A stretch of 64,000 nucleotides of DNA from a virus. Position numbers and translations under genes: made by a program. Of the stretch, positions 39,834 through 50,216 are shown piece by piece (position 1 is the first letter of the stretch; each line of letters starts with the position of its first letter). The stretch spans positions 10,821 through 74,820 of IMG/VR virus record IMGVR_UViG_3300032174_000075, one strand, 5' to 3'. The notes below the pieces were generated by a model, which did no database searches, was not told the origin of the DNA, and saw only the letters and a list, made by a program, of their open reading frames with translations.

Positions 39834-40958
39834 TTAGACGTTCTTTGCGGTTGGCTTCCGCCCCCTTTTTAGGGTGCCTGTACCGCGAAGTTTGCGAATC
39901 GCCGCTCGGGTTACAGATTTCCCTGGAAACATGCCTTCCGCCGATTTCCACGCATGGTCTTCTGTTTGCTCGGCCTCAGTAAAAAGCTTGGTGTAGAGCG
40001 CGTACCATTCTTTCAGGTGGCCTTCTGCTACCGGTCGCCCGTTTTCTTCTTCTTGTTCTGCGATCTCTGTCGTTGGCGAAGGATCGGGAGCCGCGGAAGG
40101 TCCCGCTTGAGGATTGAAGTCTTTCGGAAGCAAAGCGCGAACGCCGTTTGGTTCAAATCTAACGCCGCAATACCTCACCGTCGTAGGGTCGGCTACCAGT
40201 CTACTGGTCGGATCAAGGTAGATTGTCGCATCGCCGGTTTTCCAAAAGCTGTGCTTCGAATCTATACCCTGAATGTGACCCCAAAAGTCGCCGTCAATAG
40301 GCACGAACTCGGATAGTTCGGGTGGGTTGAATCCAGTTTTCCACGATTCTATGGCAGCTGCAGATTTGAGGACACTGCCTCGCAAGCGCTCCATAATTGC
40401 GGTCACGGCCGCTTCCGCACCTAGCGCCCGTTGAAGGACAGCCAACGACTCGTTCGGTGCCAGCCACGCAAGGAACTCTTCGGGCGAGATGGTTTTGTCA
40501 GGCGCGGTTTCGGTGCGCACCGGGAGGTCGACCGTCGCGACCTTCTCTTTTTGCGTTGGCAATATTGGAAATGGCTTCGGCAAATCAGCAATCATTGCGC
40601 TGATGCCAGCGGGATCAAATCGTATGCCAAATACCCTTACCGTTCGGTGCATAGAATGCTTTGAGCCGGCGAAAAGATGAAGAGAGAAATTGATGTCGGC
40701 TGTATCCCACCAGTCGGGGGATTTGCTTGACACTTGAGACCAATACCTTTGAGGAATGAGAAACCCTAGTTTGAGTTCAGTCGGATTTTCAAATGCTGCG
40801 GATTTGGAAGCTGCTCGTATCTGTCCCCCTTTTAGACGTTCCAGAATCGCGCGCGACGCAACACCAATATCCGGAATGCGCTCTTGAATAAGGGTCAAGG
40901 CCTGTCTGGGTAAGAGCCAGGTAACGAGCTCGTCGGCTGCTAAGCCGCTATCTGACAT
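39834..40958 (-). CDS. IS passenger: tandem-duplicated-domain protein with basic C-terminus
   Basis: Two copies of WL.P...AI.ERL.G...W...GxRFxPxG; ends KRGRK. Confidence 0.7.
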   Translation of the reverse strand: MSDSGLAADELVTWLLPRQALTLIQERIPDIGVASRAILERLKGGQIRAASKSAAFENPTELKLGFLIPQRYWSQVSSKSPDWWDTADINFSLHLFAGSKHSMHRTVRVFGIRFDPAGISAMIADLPKPFPILPTQKEKVATVDLPVRTETAPDKTISPEEFLAWLAPNESLAVLQRALGAEAAVTAIMERLRGSVLKSAAAIESWKTGFNPPELSEFVPIDGDFWGHIQGIDSKHSFWKTGDATIYLDPTSRLVADPTTVRYCGVRFEPNGVRALLPKDFNPQAGPSAAPDPSPTTEIAEQEEENGRPVAEGHLKEWYALYTKLFTEAEQTEDHAWKSAEGMFPGKSVTRAAIRKLRGTGTLKRGRKPTAKNV

Positions 40959-41075
40959 TCCCCACTCCGGCAGGGCTCCGAGATGTGAGAGGGGAAGCGC
41001 GCCGGAGTGCCGCGCTTGTCGGATGGCCGTCCTATCCCCTGCACAAGTTATAGCTGAATCGGGTATGCTTGGGAC

Positions 41076-41207
41076 ATGGCAAAAGCGAAAACCAAGAAGC
41101 CGCCAGCCGAGAACAAGCCCATTGGGTTTGAAGACTTTGTCCGCGCCGCCATGGCGACAGGGAAGCCGCCAAAAGCCAAGCCCAAGAAGCGGAAGGCGAA
41201 AAAATGA
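41076..41207 (+). CDS. 43-aa basic protein (not in ORF track)
   Basis: MAKAKTKK...FEDFVRAAMATGKPPK; ATGA-coupled to next gene. Confidence 0.5.
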   Translation: MAKAKTKKPPAENKPIGFEDFVRAAMATGKPPKAKPKKRKAKK

Positions 41208-41494
41208 GAACCTATGGCGCGGTTGCGGTCGCAATCATTCTGGCTAGCTGTGGCGGTCCATCCAAAAAGCAGGACGTGGCTTCCTGCAACCTGGAAGCCC
41301 TGCGGGTCTATAGCCATGAGCACGGCCCCGACCTAAGCGGCCTCATCGGCCAATACACGGCCACCTGCATGGAGGCGAAGGGCTACAAGATGACCTTCAC
41401 GGCGAGAGAATGTGCCGCCCATGGCGGCGACTTCTTGCTCCAGGAAATTGAAGCAGACTGCTACGTCAGGGAAAATTCCCTTTGGGCACAATAG
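41204..41494 (+). CDS. IS passenger: lipoprotein
   Basis: Lipobox LASC; CMEAKGY motif. Confidence 0.65.
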   Translation: MRTYGAVAVAIILASCGGPSKKQDVASCNLEALRVYSHEHGPDLSGLIGQYTATCMEAKGYKMTFTARECAAHGGDFLLQEIEADCYVRENSLWAQ

Positions 41495-41526
41495 GTTGAT
41501 GCCGGTTTGCGAAGTGCATAGTTCCG

Positions 41527-41863
41527 TCCGAAGAAACCCTGCGCCGAATGTCCATGGCGTCGCGATGTAAAGCCTGGCCGCTTTCCGCCAGAGAGATACC
41601 GCGCCTTGGCATGCACTGCTGAGGATATGAGCAGCCACATCTTCGCGTGTCACAAGAGCGCGGACGACAAGCCTACCGCCTGCGCAGGATTTATCCTTCG
41701 TGGCGCGGATCACAATTTGTCCTTGCGCCTCGCATATTGCCATGGCGAAGTGGGCGAGATATCGGATGGTGGCTATCCGCTTTTCGAGAACTATCGGCAG
41801 ATGGCACATGCGAACGGGGTGAAGCCTAATGACCCCGCGCTTAGAAACTGCAGGGATCGTTAG
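41527..41863 (+). pseudogene. DUF6283-like gene truncated at its 5' end by the IS
   Basis: KKPCAECPWRRD...FACH...CAG frame has no start; in-frame TAG lies within the TIR. Confidence 0.7.
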
Positions 41864-42534
41864 AGAGTTCGCCATGGCGAAAGACCAATACCCCAAGGAC
41901 TACAACCCTCCCGAACGCGGCACGTGCGAAGTGTGCGGCTATGTCACGAAGGGCTGGACGAAGAAGTGGCTGGCGCGCTGTCCCAAGCACTGGCAGGCGC
42001 TATTGCCCGAAGGCCATCTCGGATCGCTTGCATGACTTCACCGCTTGATCAGATGATCCTAGCCGCTGTCCGCTGTACCAAGTGCGGCGCGCAGGGCTAT
42101 GGAAAATGCGGTTGCTGGACTCGGTGCCAGAAGTGCCAATGCATGTACGAAACCGGGAAAGAGTGTAGGCGCTGTGCTGGCGAGCCTCTGACGATCGTCG
42201 CCTCGACGAGCAAGCCGAGCAGGCGAAAGAGAAACCGGGCATAGCGCCCGCGTTATACTCACTCCGCGCCCTGCGTATACACGCTGACTTTCACTTAATC
42301 CTTTTCGGGCCATGCTTTGTCAAGAGGTAGACGTTGCCTTCGCTATCCGTCATGCAAAGTACGTCATCGGCGCCGACCTGATTTCGTGGTTCTGAGTCGA
42401 AGCATGGCACAGTTGCTCGCGGGCCAGCCGCAGTCGTAGTTGTAGTTCGTCGCTGTTCAGTGACCCGCTGTCCGCATCCTAATATCGCCACAGCAATAGC
42501 GCAGAATGCAGCATAGCATAGGACGCGGATCGCG

Positions 42535-42906
42535 CTAGTCATCGCGTAGCTGCCTTACGTTCGGCTTCCAGTCTTGGCGCATGGGGCGGGAGGGCCAGGG
42601 GCGCTTGCTTGCTTTCGGCAGAATGTGTTTCTTGCGCTTGGCGTATATGGATGATTTCTCGGCAACGTCGGCCGCGTTCTTGTCCGGGAGGCAATTACAG
42701 CACGTCAGACAGAGATTGTCTTCTGCATTCCGACCTGAATTTACTAGGGCGACGCGATGCTCAAGCGTCCATTTCTCGCCGGCACGGATTAGCCGTGCGC
42801 AGCTATGGCATCGACCCTGCTCGCGTTCGAAGACACGCAGTCGCACGCGTGGCGGAGCTGGCGTATCGTCCGTTCTTCCGCTCCACGGCTTCACGCTGCG
42901 CGGCAT
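42535..42906 (-). CDS. HNH endonuclease
   Basis: CHSC...EH...L...G.N...NLCLTC. Confidence 0.8.
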   Translation of the reverse strand: MPRSVKPWSGRTDDTPAPPRVRLRVFEREQGRCHSCARLIRAGEKWTLEHRVALVNSGRNAEDNLCLTCCNCLPDKNAADVAEKSSIYAKRKKHILPKASKRPWPSRPMRQDWKPNVRQLRDD

Positions 42907-42909
42907 ATC

Positions 42910-43212
42910 TTATCGCTCGCTGCTTTTTGTAAGATTTGAAACGGCGATGATGGCCGCAATGTCAGCCCTGAGCTTTTCCGCAGCCGCAACGATATTCTCC
43001 GCTGAGTTCAAGAGCTGCTTCCCGCCACCAGAGTAAACGATAGCCTCAAGCTCCCCTACTTGATATTCTCGGGTTGCTACTCGGGTCCCGCACTTCTTGC
43101 ACACTTTGCGACGGTATACGGAATTGTTGCGCCCCTGGCGACTGTCGCAAGTATACATCGGTGCCCCGCATTTCGGGCACATAATTCCGTGAGCCTTACG
43201 GGCCATCCCCAC
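42910..43212 (-). CDS. NrdR-N-like zinc-ribbon protein
   Basis: CPKCG..DSR...RRKVCKKCG.R..TRE. Confidence 0.7.
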   Translation of the reverse strand: MGMARKAHGIMCPKCGAPMYTCDSRQGRNNSVYRRKVCKKCGTRVATREYQVGELEAIVYSGGGKQLLNSAENIVAAAEKLRADIAAIIAVSNLTKSSER

Positions 43213-43215
43213 GAT

Positions 43216-43650
43216 CTACCCGCCCTCTTGTGCTTGTGCGGAGAGGGAGGTGGAGGCATCTTGCTCTTGCCCGTCATGGAACGTCACGCCGTTGCTCGCG
43301 CCCCACGCTGCGATACATTCGATAAGATCGCTCATTTCCTGCTTGGAAAGATCGGACGAGCGATAGCCGAGCGGGATGACTGTAGCACCGTCCAGGGCTG
43401 GGATGAACTCGACTTCGCAGCCGAGCGCCTTCATGAAAAGAACTTTCCAAATATGCGGCGGATACTTGCGGCCGTTGTGCTCCTTCTGCGCCGCCACGTC
43501 GGTCAGCATGGCCCACATGCGGTCATTTTGGGGCAAACTTCTTTTCTGCGCCTTGAACTCAACCCGTGTCCCGAACGGTGCCGCTTTCACGTAGCGGCAT
43601 GCGCGCTCTTTGACGGCGGTGCTGTTGAGAACGAGGAGATGGCGGCTCAC
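43216..43650 (-). CDS. ninB: NinB/Orf recombination protein
   Basis: KRSLPQNDRMWAML.DVA and SSDLSKQEMSDLIE motifs. Confidence 0.9.
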   Translation of the reverse strand: MSRHLLVLNSTAVKERACRYVKAAPFGTRVEFKAQKRSLPQNDRMWAMLTDVAAQKEHNGRKYPPHIWKVLFMKALGCEVEFIPALDGATVIPLGYRSSDLSKQEMSDLIECIAAWGASNGVTFHDGQEQDASTSLSAQAQEGG

Positions 43651-44750
43651 CTTTTCTTTGCCTCTTTGAACAGCGCAGTAGATTTATCGGCGCAGGCTTC
43701 TTTCCATGCGGCGACTTCGGCAGGCATATCGCCTAGGTCAGACAGGACCGCATCGCGCAAGGCTTCAATCTCGCGCTCCGACGTAAAGCCCTTCAATTCC
43801 TCGTACTGATCGGAAAGCCAGTCTTTGAATGCGGCGGCTTTGTCCTGTTCCGTGGCCCGAGCGACGGTAACTGTCTCTGCCTGTGGAGCGACAAAAGATT
43901 GCTCGCCGAGGGTCTCGCGCATGTCCGCTTGAGGACTGTGTTCAAGCTTAGGGGCTGGCGGCGGCGCTGGGGGCGGCGTCAATGCAATAGTTTCCGGCCT
44001 ATCTGAGAAGTCGAAATTCGCCTCATCGTCGCGCTGGATAATCTCGCGCATCTGATCGCTCACAGGAACTGTCTTGACGCCGCGCCGGAGAACGGATTTG
44101 CGGTAGCCCTCGCTCTGGAACTTCGTCCACATGAGAGAGTTCTTCGCCTTCGATTGCTCCCGCGTCTGTTCTATTTGAGTGCAGTCCATGACTTCGCGGT
44201 GAAGAATCGTGCCGTCCTCGCGCTTGTAAATGCAGTAGGCGCCGATCATCTTGCCACGGTCTGTCCCGAGGCGAGCGGGCTCATGCTCGATTTTCGGGTC
44301 ATCTCCCTGGTGCCAAATGAAGCGGTCAGCCTCATGCACGACTTCTGCGTTGGCTATGATTCCGTCCAGTTCGCGAAGGCGCTTGCGAAGGCCTGCAGCC
44401 ATCGGATTCCACTGCGCCTGCTTTTCCCACCTGTCCGGCTGGCCTTTCTTGGCGACGTTCACATTGTAGACGGCGATATGGCCTTCGCGACCATCAGGCA
44501 CCAAGCCGTCCTGCGCCGCACGAACAACGGACGCCATGACCGTTCGCATTGACGCTTGGAGAATTGCCGGGTCTTGCCGCACCGCCGCGATGACTGTATT
44601 TTTGAATCGAGCTGGCGAAATCGTTGACGGCAGCATCGAAGCAAGTGAGGCGGCGCGCTCTTCGAGCTCCGCCTCAAATTGCTTGTAGATCGTAAGCGCC
44701 CCGTCCTTCCGAGCGCCGGGCGCGCCCTCATAGTGGCTTTGGTCGCTCAC
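43647..44750 (-). CDS. recT: RecT-family single-strand annealing protein
   Basis: AAQDGLVPDGREG, IGAYC, W.....KSVLRR..K.VP. Confidence 0.85.
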   Translation of the reverse strand: MSDQSHYEGAPGARKDGALTIYKQFEAELEERAASLASMLPSTISPARFKNTVIAAVRQDPAILQASMRTVMASVVRAAQDGLVPDGREGHIAVYNVNVAKKGQPDRWEKQAQWNPMAAGLRKRLRELDGIIANAEVVHEADRFIWHQGDDPKIEHEPARLGTDRGKMIGAYCIYKREDGTILHREVMDCTQIEQTREQSKAKNSLMWTKFQSEGYRKSVLRRGVKTVPVSDQMREIIQRDDEANFDFSDRPETIALTPPPAPPPAPKLEHSPQADMRETLGEQSFVAPQAETVTVARATEQDKAAAFKDWLSDQYEELKGFTSEREIEALRDAVLSDLGDMPAEVAAWKEACADKSTALFKEAKKR

Positions 44751-45694
44751 CGCACGTCCTTTTCCGTTGTGACCGTCACGCCTGGAACGGTATGGCCAGC
44801 GTCCACAGCCCGCTGTGCGAGCCTGGCGATAAGATCGACAAGTTCTCTGTGGCCCCGAAGGAAATTGTAGACGGCGTCTTGATCCGTGACTGTTGCGCGC
44901 TTGACTTCCTTGATCGTCGCGGCGCGGCCGTAGGCTCCCTTGATTGCCGTGATGGGCACAGGGGCAGCCTCGGGAGGCGGCGGTAGCGGCGGAGGCGGAG
45001 CTTCCGGGTGCGCCGCCAATTGCTCGGCCAAGGCCTTCTTACGGGTCTCCTCAGCGGCGAGGCGCGCTTGCTCGGCTGCTCGGGCCTTACGGGTCTCGTA
45101 TGCTCCCAGCGCGGCCCTGAGGGCGTCTGCGGCTTCCTTGGCCCGCTTCACGATAGGCTGCCAGCGGGCGTCCACGGCCTTCCCGGCTTCCAGGTGAGGC
45201 TTTTTGAGGGCTTCCCGGCGCTTGTCGGCTTGGCCGCTCAATTCGTTCAGGCGAGCCCGTGCGGACTGCGCCTTTGCCGCCGTCTCATCGTCTTTGATAT
45301 CGACATAATCTTGCGCGTTGGCGGCGGCGGATTCGATCTGCCCGGACAGAACGTCAGCCTCATCCTGCGGAGGATCGTTGTGGCCTGCTGGCGGGGGAGA
45401 TAGCGAAGCGGTTACGGCCGCATCCTCATCGAACCATATGCCAGTCTCGACGCGGCTACGGTAGGCTTCCTCGGTCACGGGCTTGTCGCACACGAAGTTC
45501 CAAATCCTCGCCGGATCGGAACTGGCGCCATCAACGAGCGCCACGAGTTTGCCTTCGTGTTCCCAAATGGCGACGGGTAGAAGGGCGCCCCCTTTGGCGG
45601 CGCGCATTCTGTAAAACCCCGGCTGCGCATCGCCATCATGAACGGGCGGCGAGTTTCCCGCGAGCGCGCTCTGCCAGAAATCATATCCTGTCAT
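44747..45694 (-). CDS. Recombination-module coiled-coil protein
   Basis: PGFYR and PVAIW N-domain, GHNDPP linker, VPGV C-terminus; coupled to recT. Confidence 0.65.
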   Translation of the reverse strand: MTGYDFWQSALAGNSPPVHDGDAQPGFYRMRAAKGGALLPVAIWEHEGKLVALVDGASSDPARIWNFVCDKPVTEEAYRSRVETGIWFDEDAAVTASLSPPPAGHNDPPQDEADVLSGQIESAAANAQDYVDIKDDETAAKAQSARARLNELSGQADKRREALKKPHLEAGKAVDARWQPIVKRAKEAADALRAALGAYETRKARAAEQARLAAEETRKKALAEQLAAHPEAPPPPLPPPPEAAPVPITAIKGAYGRAATIKEVKRATVTDQDAVYNFLRGHRELVDLIARLAQRAVDAGHTVPGVTVTTEKDVR

Positions 45695-46156
45695 CGTTTT
45701 CTCTCTGTCTACGGCGTGTGCCGAGGGTGCATCTTGTCGTAGGCTTGGCCTACCGCGAAAGGAACCATTGTGCTGTGAGGTATTGGCTGTTCCACAACGG
45801 CGCAGTCGAGACGCTTGGGAGGACGGAAGCATTCGTTATTTTCCTTCCAGCATCTCATTTCCCATTGAGATTCATTATAGACCACCGTCCAGTCTTCTAT
45901 TGAAGTAGTCTGGTAAGGGCGGAAGGCAGAAAAGTTGCTGTGAGTCTTGAAGCTGGGGCGGCCGCTTCCAATCTTTCTTTCCCTGCCAGCACAATCGAAA
46001 ATCGAGACTATGCCGACGCCGTTTCGGGCAACCTCGATTTTAAGCCACGGATTCCCCCATTGGTCGGGCGCCGTGATCGTAAAACTTGTGAAGCTGCTAA
46101 CAGCGGCGGCTTGGAGAGCCACTGCTAGAAATATTGCCGTGCTCATTCCGTCTCCT

Positions 46157-46465
46157 TTATTTCGCCGTTGCGGCGAAAAGCTTCTTCGGGTCCAGGCATA
46201 GCGCCTTTGCGAAGGCGAATACGTCGGAAAGCAGCACACGCTGGCGCCCAAGCTCGATATTGGCGATGGAGCCGCGAGAGTACCCGAGCCTGTCGGCCAA
46301 TTCCTGTTGCGAAAGCTCCATGTCGAGACGCGCTTCCCGTACCGCAGCCCCGAACAGAACATAGGGCCGCTCGCATTGCAATACCTCGCGTGTTACATTG
46401 ACGACGCGGTAGACCCTGCGCTGGCCGGAGACTGTCCGCTTGGTTTTGACCCGCCTCGGGCTCAT
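46157..46465 (-). CDS. XRE-family HTH regulator
   Basis: LSQQELADRLGYSRGSIANIELGRQ. Confidence 0.85.
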   Translation of the reverse strand: MSPRRVKTKRTVSGQRRVYRVVNVTREVLQCERPYVLFGAAVREARLDMELSQQELADRLGYSRGSIANIELGRQRVLLSDVFAFAKALCLDPKKLFAATAK

Positions 46466-46945
46466 CCGCCCCTCGCCTCCGCTATGGCCTCTTGCCATGC
46501 TGTATCGGATGGAGTGTTGTCGGAGATGGCGGCGAGGAGTTGATCAAGCTGTTCCTGGACCGCAGTTATGCCGCACAGAGCTTGTGCATTCTGCATCGCA
46601 GAGACATACGTTGCCGTTGCATCCTTGACCATCCTGCGCGCGCGGCGTTCTGCATCCGCTTGGTCATCGCTTATGCCGGAGTGGTGGGTGGAATCGTGGT
46701 AGAGGGGTATGGCACTCATGGCTCCGAACAGCTCCCAGTTTCGCGGATATTTTCAGCCGCCAAAACAAGGGCTTTGGCCATACGGACTTGTTCCTCGGTG
46801 GGGACATCTTCGTAATCTCGGTCATCATCTTCCGAGAAGTAGTCCGTGATTTGATGAGCGAGCCACATGAGGTCAGCAAACGGCATGGCCGAGATGCAGG
46901 ACATATACTCTTTGTGTTCCCTGGTTGTGCTGATTGAGTCGCTGC

Positions 46946-47170
46946 TCATTCTGTCCTCCAGATGCGGTACTGGTTGTTATGCTTGCCGTGAACGAATTTC
47001 TTTGGCGCGTTCCGAACACAAGCAGATTTTGCTGCTGCTGCTGCTGGGCCCGCGCCCTTCGATGGGAACAGAAAGCTATCTCCTACTTCCATCTTGGCCC
47101 ACGGATACTTTGTGATGCGTCCGCGCGGCGGCAGTGGGATGCCTCGGTCAATTTGTATTTCATCGCTCAT
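46946..47170 (-). CDS. Small DNA-binding protein (KYPW..MEVGDSF..RIWR type)
   Basis: Motif pattern; paralogue at 52615-52824. Confidence 0.7.
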   Translation of the reverse strand: MSDEIQIDRGIPLPPRGRITKYPWAKMEVGDSFLFPSKGAGPAAAAAKSACVRNAPKKFVHGKHNNQYRIWRTE

Positions 47171-47388
47171 AGATTCTCCTGCCTCTTCGGCTCGTCGGTT
47201 TTTGGACCTCAATTACCGCCTCATCATCCCGCCGTATCTCCTCCGGCCTCGCTCCGCAGTCTGCACAATCTCCCGTCTCATCGGTGAATGTGTGCATGCA
47301 GCGGCCAGAGAGGGCGAGTTCGATCTTGTCGAGCAAGGGCTTTAGATCGGAGAGGGCGTCGTGTGTCATGTCTCAGGCCTGTGCGTTG

Positions 47389-48045
47389 CTAAGCAGCCAT
47401 GCCAGGAAACACGCGGCTGACCTGAATTTTCCGGTCTTTTACATGCGGGTCTTTTGCGACAGCCCGAGGCCCGCTTTTGTATAGGTGCGTTGCGAGGTTA
47501 ACCGCAGCGCCCCATTGTGCGCCGGAAAGCCCGAGCACCTTGACCCGCTCGTTTGCGAAGCCGTTCTTTTCGATGGCGGCCCGATCCTTGGCCCACGCTT
47601 CCGCATCTTCCCACTTCGCGGCGTCATATTTCGCCGCAAGTAAATGGCGGAGAATTTCAGCCGCAGTGATTTGGATGCATTGTTCATAGCCAGGGCCTAA
47701 GCCCCCCATCTCGATTGACCAGACTGAAACGCCGTCATCCCATCGCTTGAGCCAGTCTGCCGCGTCAGCACCGTAACGCTGAATATCGCTGTACTCTTCG
47801 TCTTCAGCCTCGGTTCGATACCAAGCCTTCTGTCCGTTGACGAACAGCCCGCGCACCCGACGCCCAAGGTTGTCTTTCGGGTAGAACCGCGCAGTTTCGC
47901 CCGTGTGCGGCGCGCCGTGGAAATCTTTACCGCAATGGATAGTCCAGCCGCCGCACGTGATGGCATAGCCACCACCGCTGTCTTGCGATACGTTGTCGAT
48001 TGCCATCTCTTCGAAATCGTCGTCGTTTTGCGGGTAAGAGGTCAT
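47389..48045 (-). CDS. Hypothetical protein
   Basis: SIEMGGLGPGYEQCIQ; AGGAG RBS. Confidence 0.65.
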   Translation of the reverse strand: MTSYPQNDDDFEEMAIDNVSQDSGGGYAITCGGWTIHCGKDFHGAPHTGETARFYPKDNLGRRVRGLFVNGQKAWYRTEAEDEEYSDIQRYGADAADWLKRWDDGVSVWSIEMGGLGPGYEQCIQITAAEILRHLLAAKYDAAKWEDAEAWAKDRAAIEKNGFANERVKVLGLSGAQWGAAVNLATHLYKSGPRAVAKDPHVKDRKIQVSRVFPGMAA

Positions 48046-49194
48046 CTCGTGGGCTCCTGTGTCTTTCGGGGTCGTTTTCATTGTGGCCTCATGAATGCAA
48101 TCGCTGCCCCTATCGCAAGAGCAAGCGGGACAAGACGCCAGAAGATGGGCCAGCCGGTCACTTTTTACCTCTTCCTAAGTTGATGCCGGCCAGGAAGGAT
48201 TCCATGATTGCCCAACCGTAAAAGACTGGCGAGCCGTATAACTCTCCGTCCGCGCGGGGGAAGAGAGTTTTGCGAAAAGCGTCTGCCGCTTGGAAATCTT
48301 CATCTGGCCTATCCAGCGGGGTAACTCTTTTGCGTGGCTTTCGCGGGCGACCGTCCCGACGAATTGGGTTCTTTGCGGTCGGGCTGCGGCTTCTGCCTTG
48401 CAAATATTTCATCTCTGTTCTACCTCCCGCTCATCATCAAAAGCCATCCCACTATCCCCACAAGAGCCATAGCGCCAGCGAGTACAGCAGGGACGGTAAT
48501 CCATGCGGGGAATAAACGCGGCTCGCGTCGCCATTTCTGGCGCCAATGGTTGCTCATCGTGCCGCCTCCCTTTATTTGACCGCAAGATTGCGGCGCAGAT
48601 TTTCCAAAAGCTCTTTCGCGGCCTTCTTTCCGGCGCACGATCCGCATAAATCGTCAGTACGACATTGCCATGCGATAGAGCCATACTGGTAGTTGAGCTT
48701 TGCGCGGCATTCGTCGCAATGCACCCAGCCGCGCGGAGTAGTGTAACATACTAAGCGACGCCGCCCGTCAGCTGACATAGTCCACTTTCTTGTCATCCAG
48801 TTCACGGCCGCTCCTCAATCTTTTTCTGCTTCGGGATGCTCACGCCGCGCTTTACCAAGCGCCGCAAGATATACAGCCGCGCACTTTTCAACGAGCACGA
48901 GGACTTCCGGGTCCATCCGCTCAAGCACAGACGCTGCAAACGGTCGTAAAGTAAATCTCACCGCCCATGCCGCACTCCATCATCGTCCCGCCTCCTTCAG
49001 CGCCTTATAGCCCTTCGCCGACAAGCTGACGCGACTTAGCGGACCCCAGAGATAGCCGTCGTCGATCAATCGTTTCGCCAGGGTGCGTGTTTCCAGATTG
49101 CTCTTTGTCGAGAGGTCAATCGGATTTGGATTCTCGCGGATGACGGAGAGGAAATCGAGGTCGGAGGGGGAGAGGGGCGTCATGCCGTGCGGCC

Positions 49195-49737
49195 TTATTG
49201 CGCCTGCTCGTGTTGTGTAGTGTCGATCACCAGGGGCTTGATGGTGAGATCGAACGGCTTGTCAGAGTAGAGATAGTCGCCGGACCATTGCCAGTATCGT
49301 CCATCGGCACCGAAGCAATAGATGTAGGGCTCAGACTGCCCATATACGCCGTCTTCGCCGGGACCATCCATGAGTTGGTAATTCCCGCTTCTGTCGCTGT
49401 CCTTGTCGGTGTCGGCGATGCCGGGGTAAGGCATCCACTCGTATTGCTTGGTTTGCGTGATCCGCTTTCCGGCGGAGGTGCATTTGCCAGAGACTGTGAG
49501 ATATTGAACCGGCTGACCGGACTGGTTCAAGAAAACCACATATCCGATGATGCCAGGTTTCCCGAATAGAAGGCGCCGGTGCTTGATGTTCTCGATTTCG
49601 TAGCTGTAGGTCTGCTCCTTGGAAACTTCGGCGTCGGCCTGACGACGCTGTGCCTCGACGGCGCTACGCGGAGGAGGCTGCTGGTCGCACCCGAACAGCG
49701 CGACGGCGATTGTGATCAATAGAATTGCTCTTTTCAC
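49195..49737 (-). CDS. Lipoprotein
   Basis: Lipobox LFGC; DGVYG and YLYSDKP. Confidence 0.7.
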   Translation of the reverse strand: MKRAILLITIAVALFGCDQQPPPRSAVEAQRRQADAEVSKEQTYSYEIENIKHRRLLFGKPGIIGYVVFLNQSGQPVQYLTVSGKCTSAGKRITQTKQYEWMPYPGIADTDKDSDRSGNYQLMDGPGEDGVYGQSEPYIYCFGADGRYWQWSGDYLYSDKPFDLTIKPLVIDTTQHEQAQ

Positions 49738-50216
49738 TGATTTTCTCCTTGGCAGTAGGAAGGGCTATACGAAACCGGAAGTGGCTCGTAAGCCTCAGTT
49801 GAGATAGGTAGATAGTGCTCCGGGTTTTTGAAAATTCCGGCATCGAGTCGCGATGCGCGCGAATTGTAGTCCGCAACGAGACTCTGGCAGACTTGTTTGA
49901 TCCCAGTCAGTTCAGTCATTCGCGCCGATGCGCGTTCGGGCGTGTGGGCCTCCGCGTAATGCAGGTTTTCTTCTGCTTCATGGATTTGCGCCGGGAAAAC
50001 CTGTAGCCTTGCGTTCGCGTCGTGGAAGTACCGATATTGCATGAGTGCGTTGTCGGGGTCGATGATACGTCGAGCGACGGTCGTTCCGCTGTTCACCACG
50101 GAGAACGGGAGTGTGATAACGCCGAAAGCGCATCCCGCCATCACCAGAAAAAACAGCGCGGCGAAGGTCCAGAAAGCCCACTTCACAACAATGCCGACAG
50201 TAATCTCTTCGTCCAT
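49734..50216 (-). CDS. Membrane protein coupled to the lipoprotein gene
   Basis: N-terminal TM; ADYN motif; GTGA overlap. Confidence 0.65.
   Translation of the reverse strand: MDEEITVGIVVKWAFWTFAALFFLVMAGCAFGVITLPFSVVNSGTTVARRIIDPDNALMQYRYFHDANARLQVFPAQIHEAEENLHYAEAHTPERASARMTELTGIKQVCQSLVADYNSRASRLDAGIFKNPEHYLPISTEAYEPLPVSYSPSYCQGENQ

Larger units (their letters stand above)
37324..41526 (-). mobile_element. IS1595-family element with passenger genes (4203 bp)
   Basis: 23-bp TIRs CGGAACTATGCACTT(G/C)G(G/C)AAACC, 21/23 match; no TSD. Confidence 0.85.

Noticed and set aside
40959-41234. N-terminal extension of ORF 39834-41234
   Set aside because: Antisense to the 41076 and 41204 genes; the repeated domain begins at the Met at 40958
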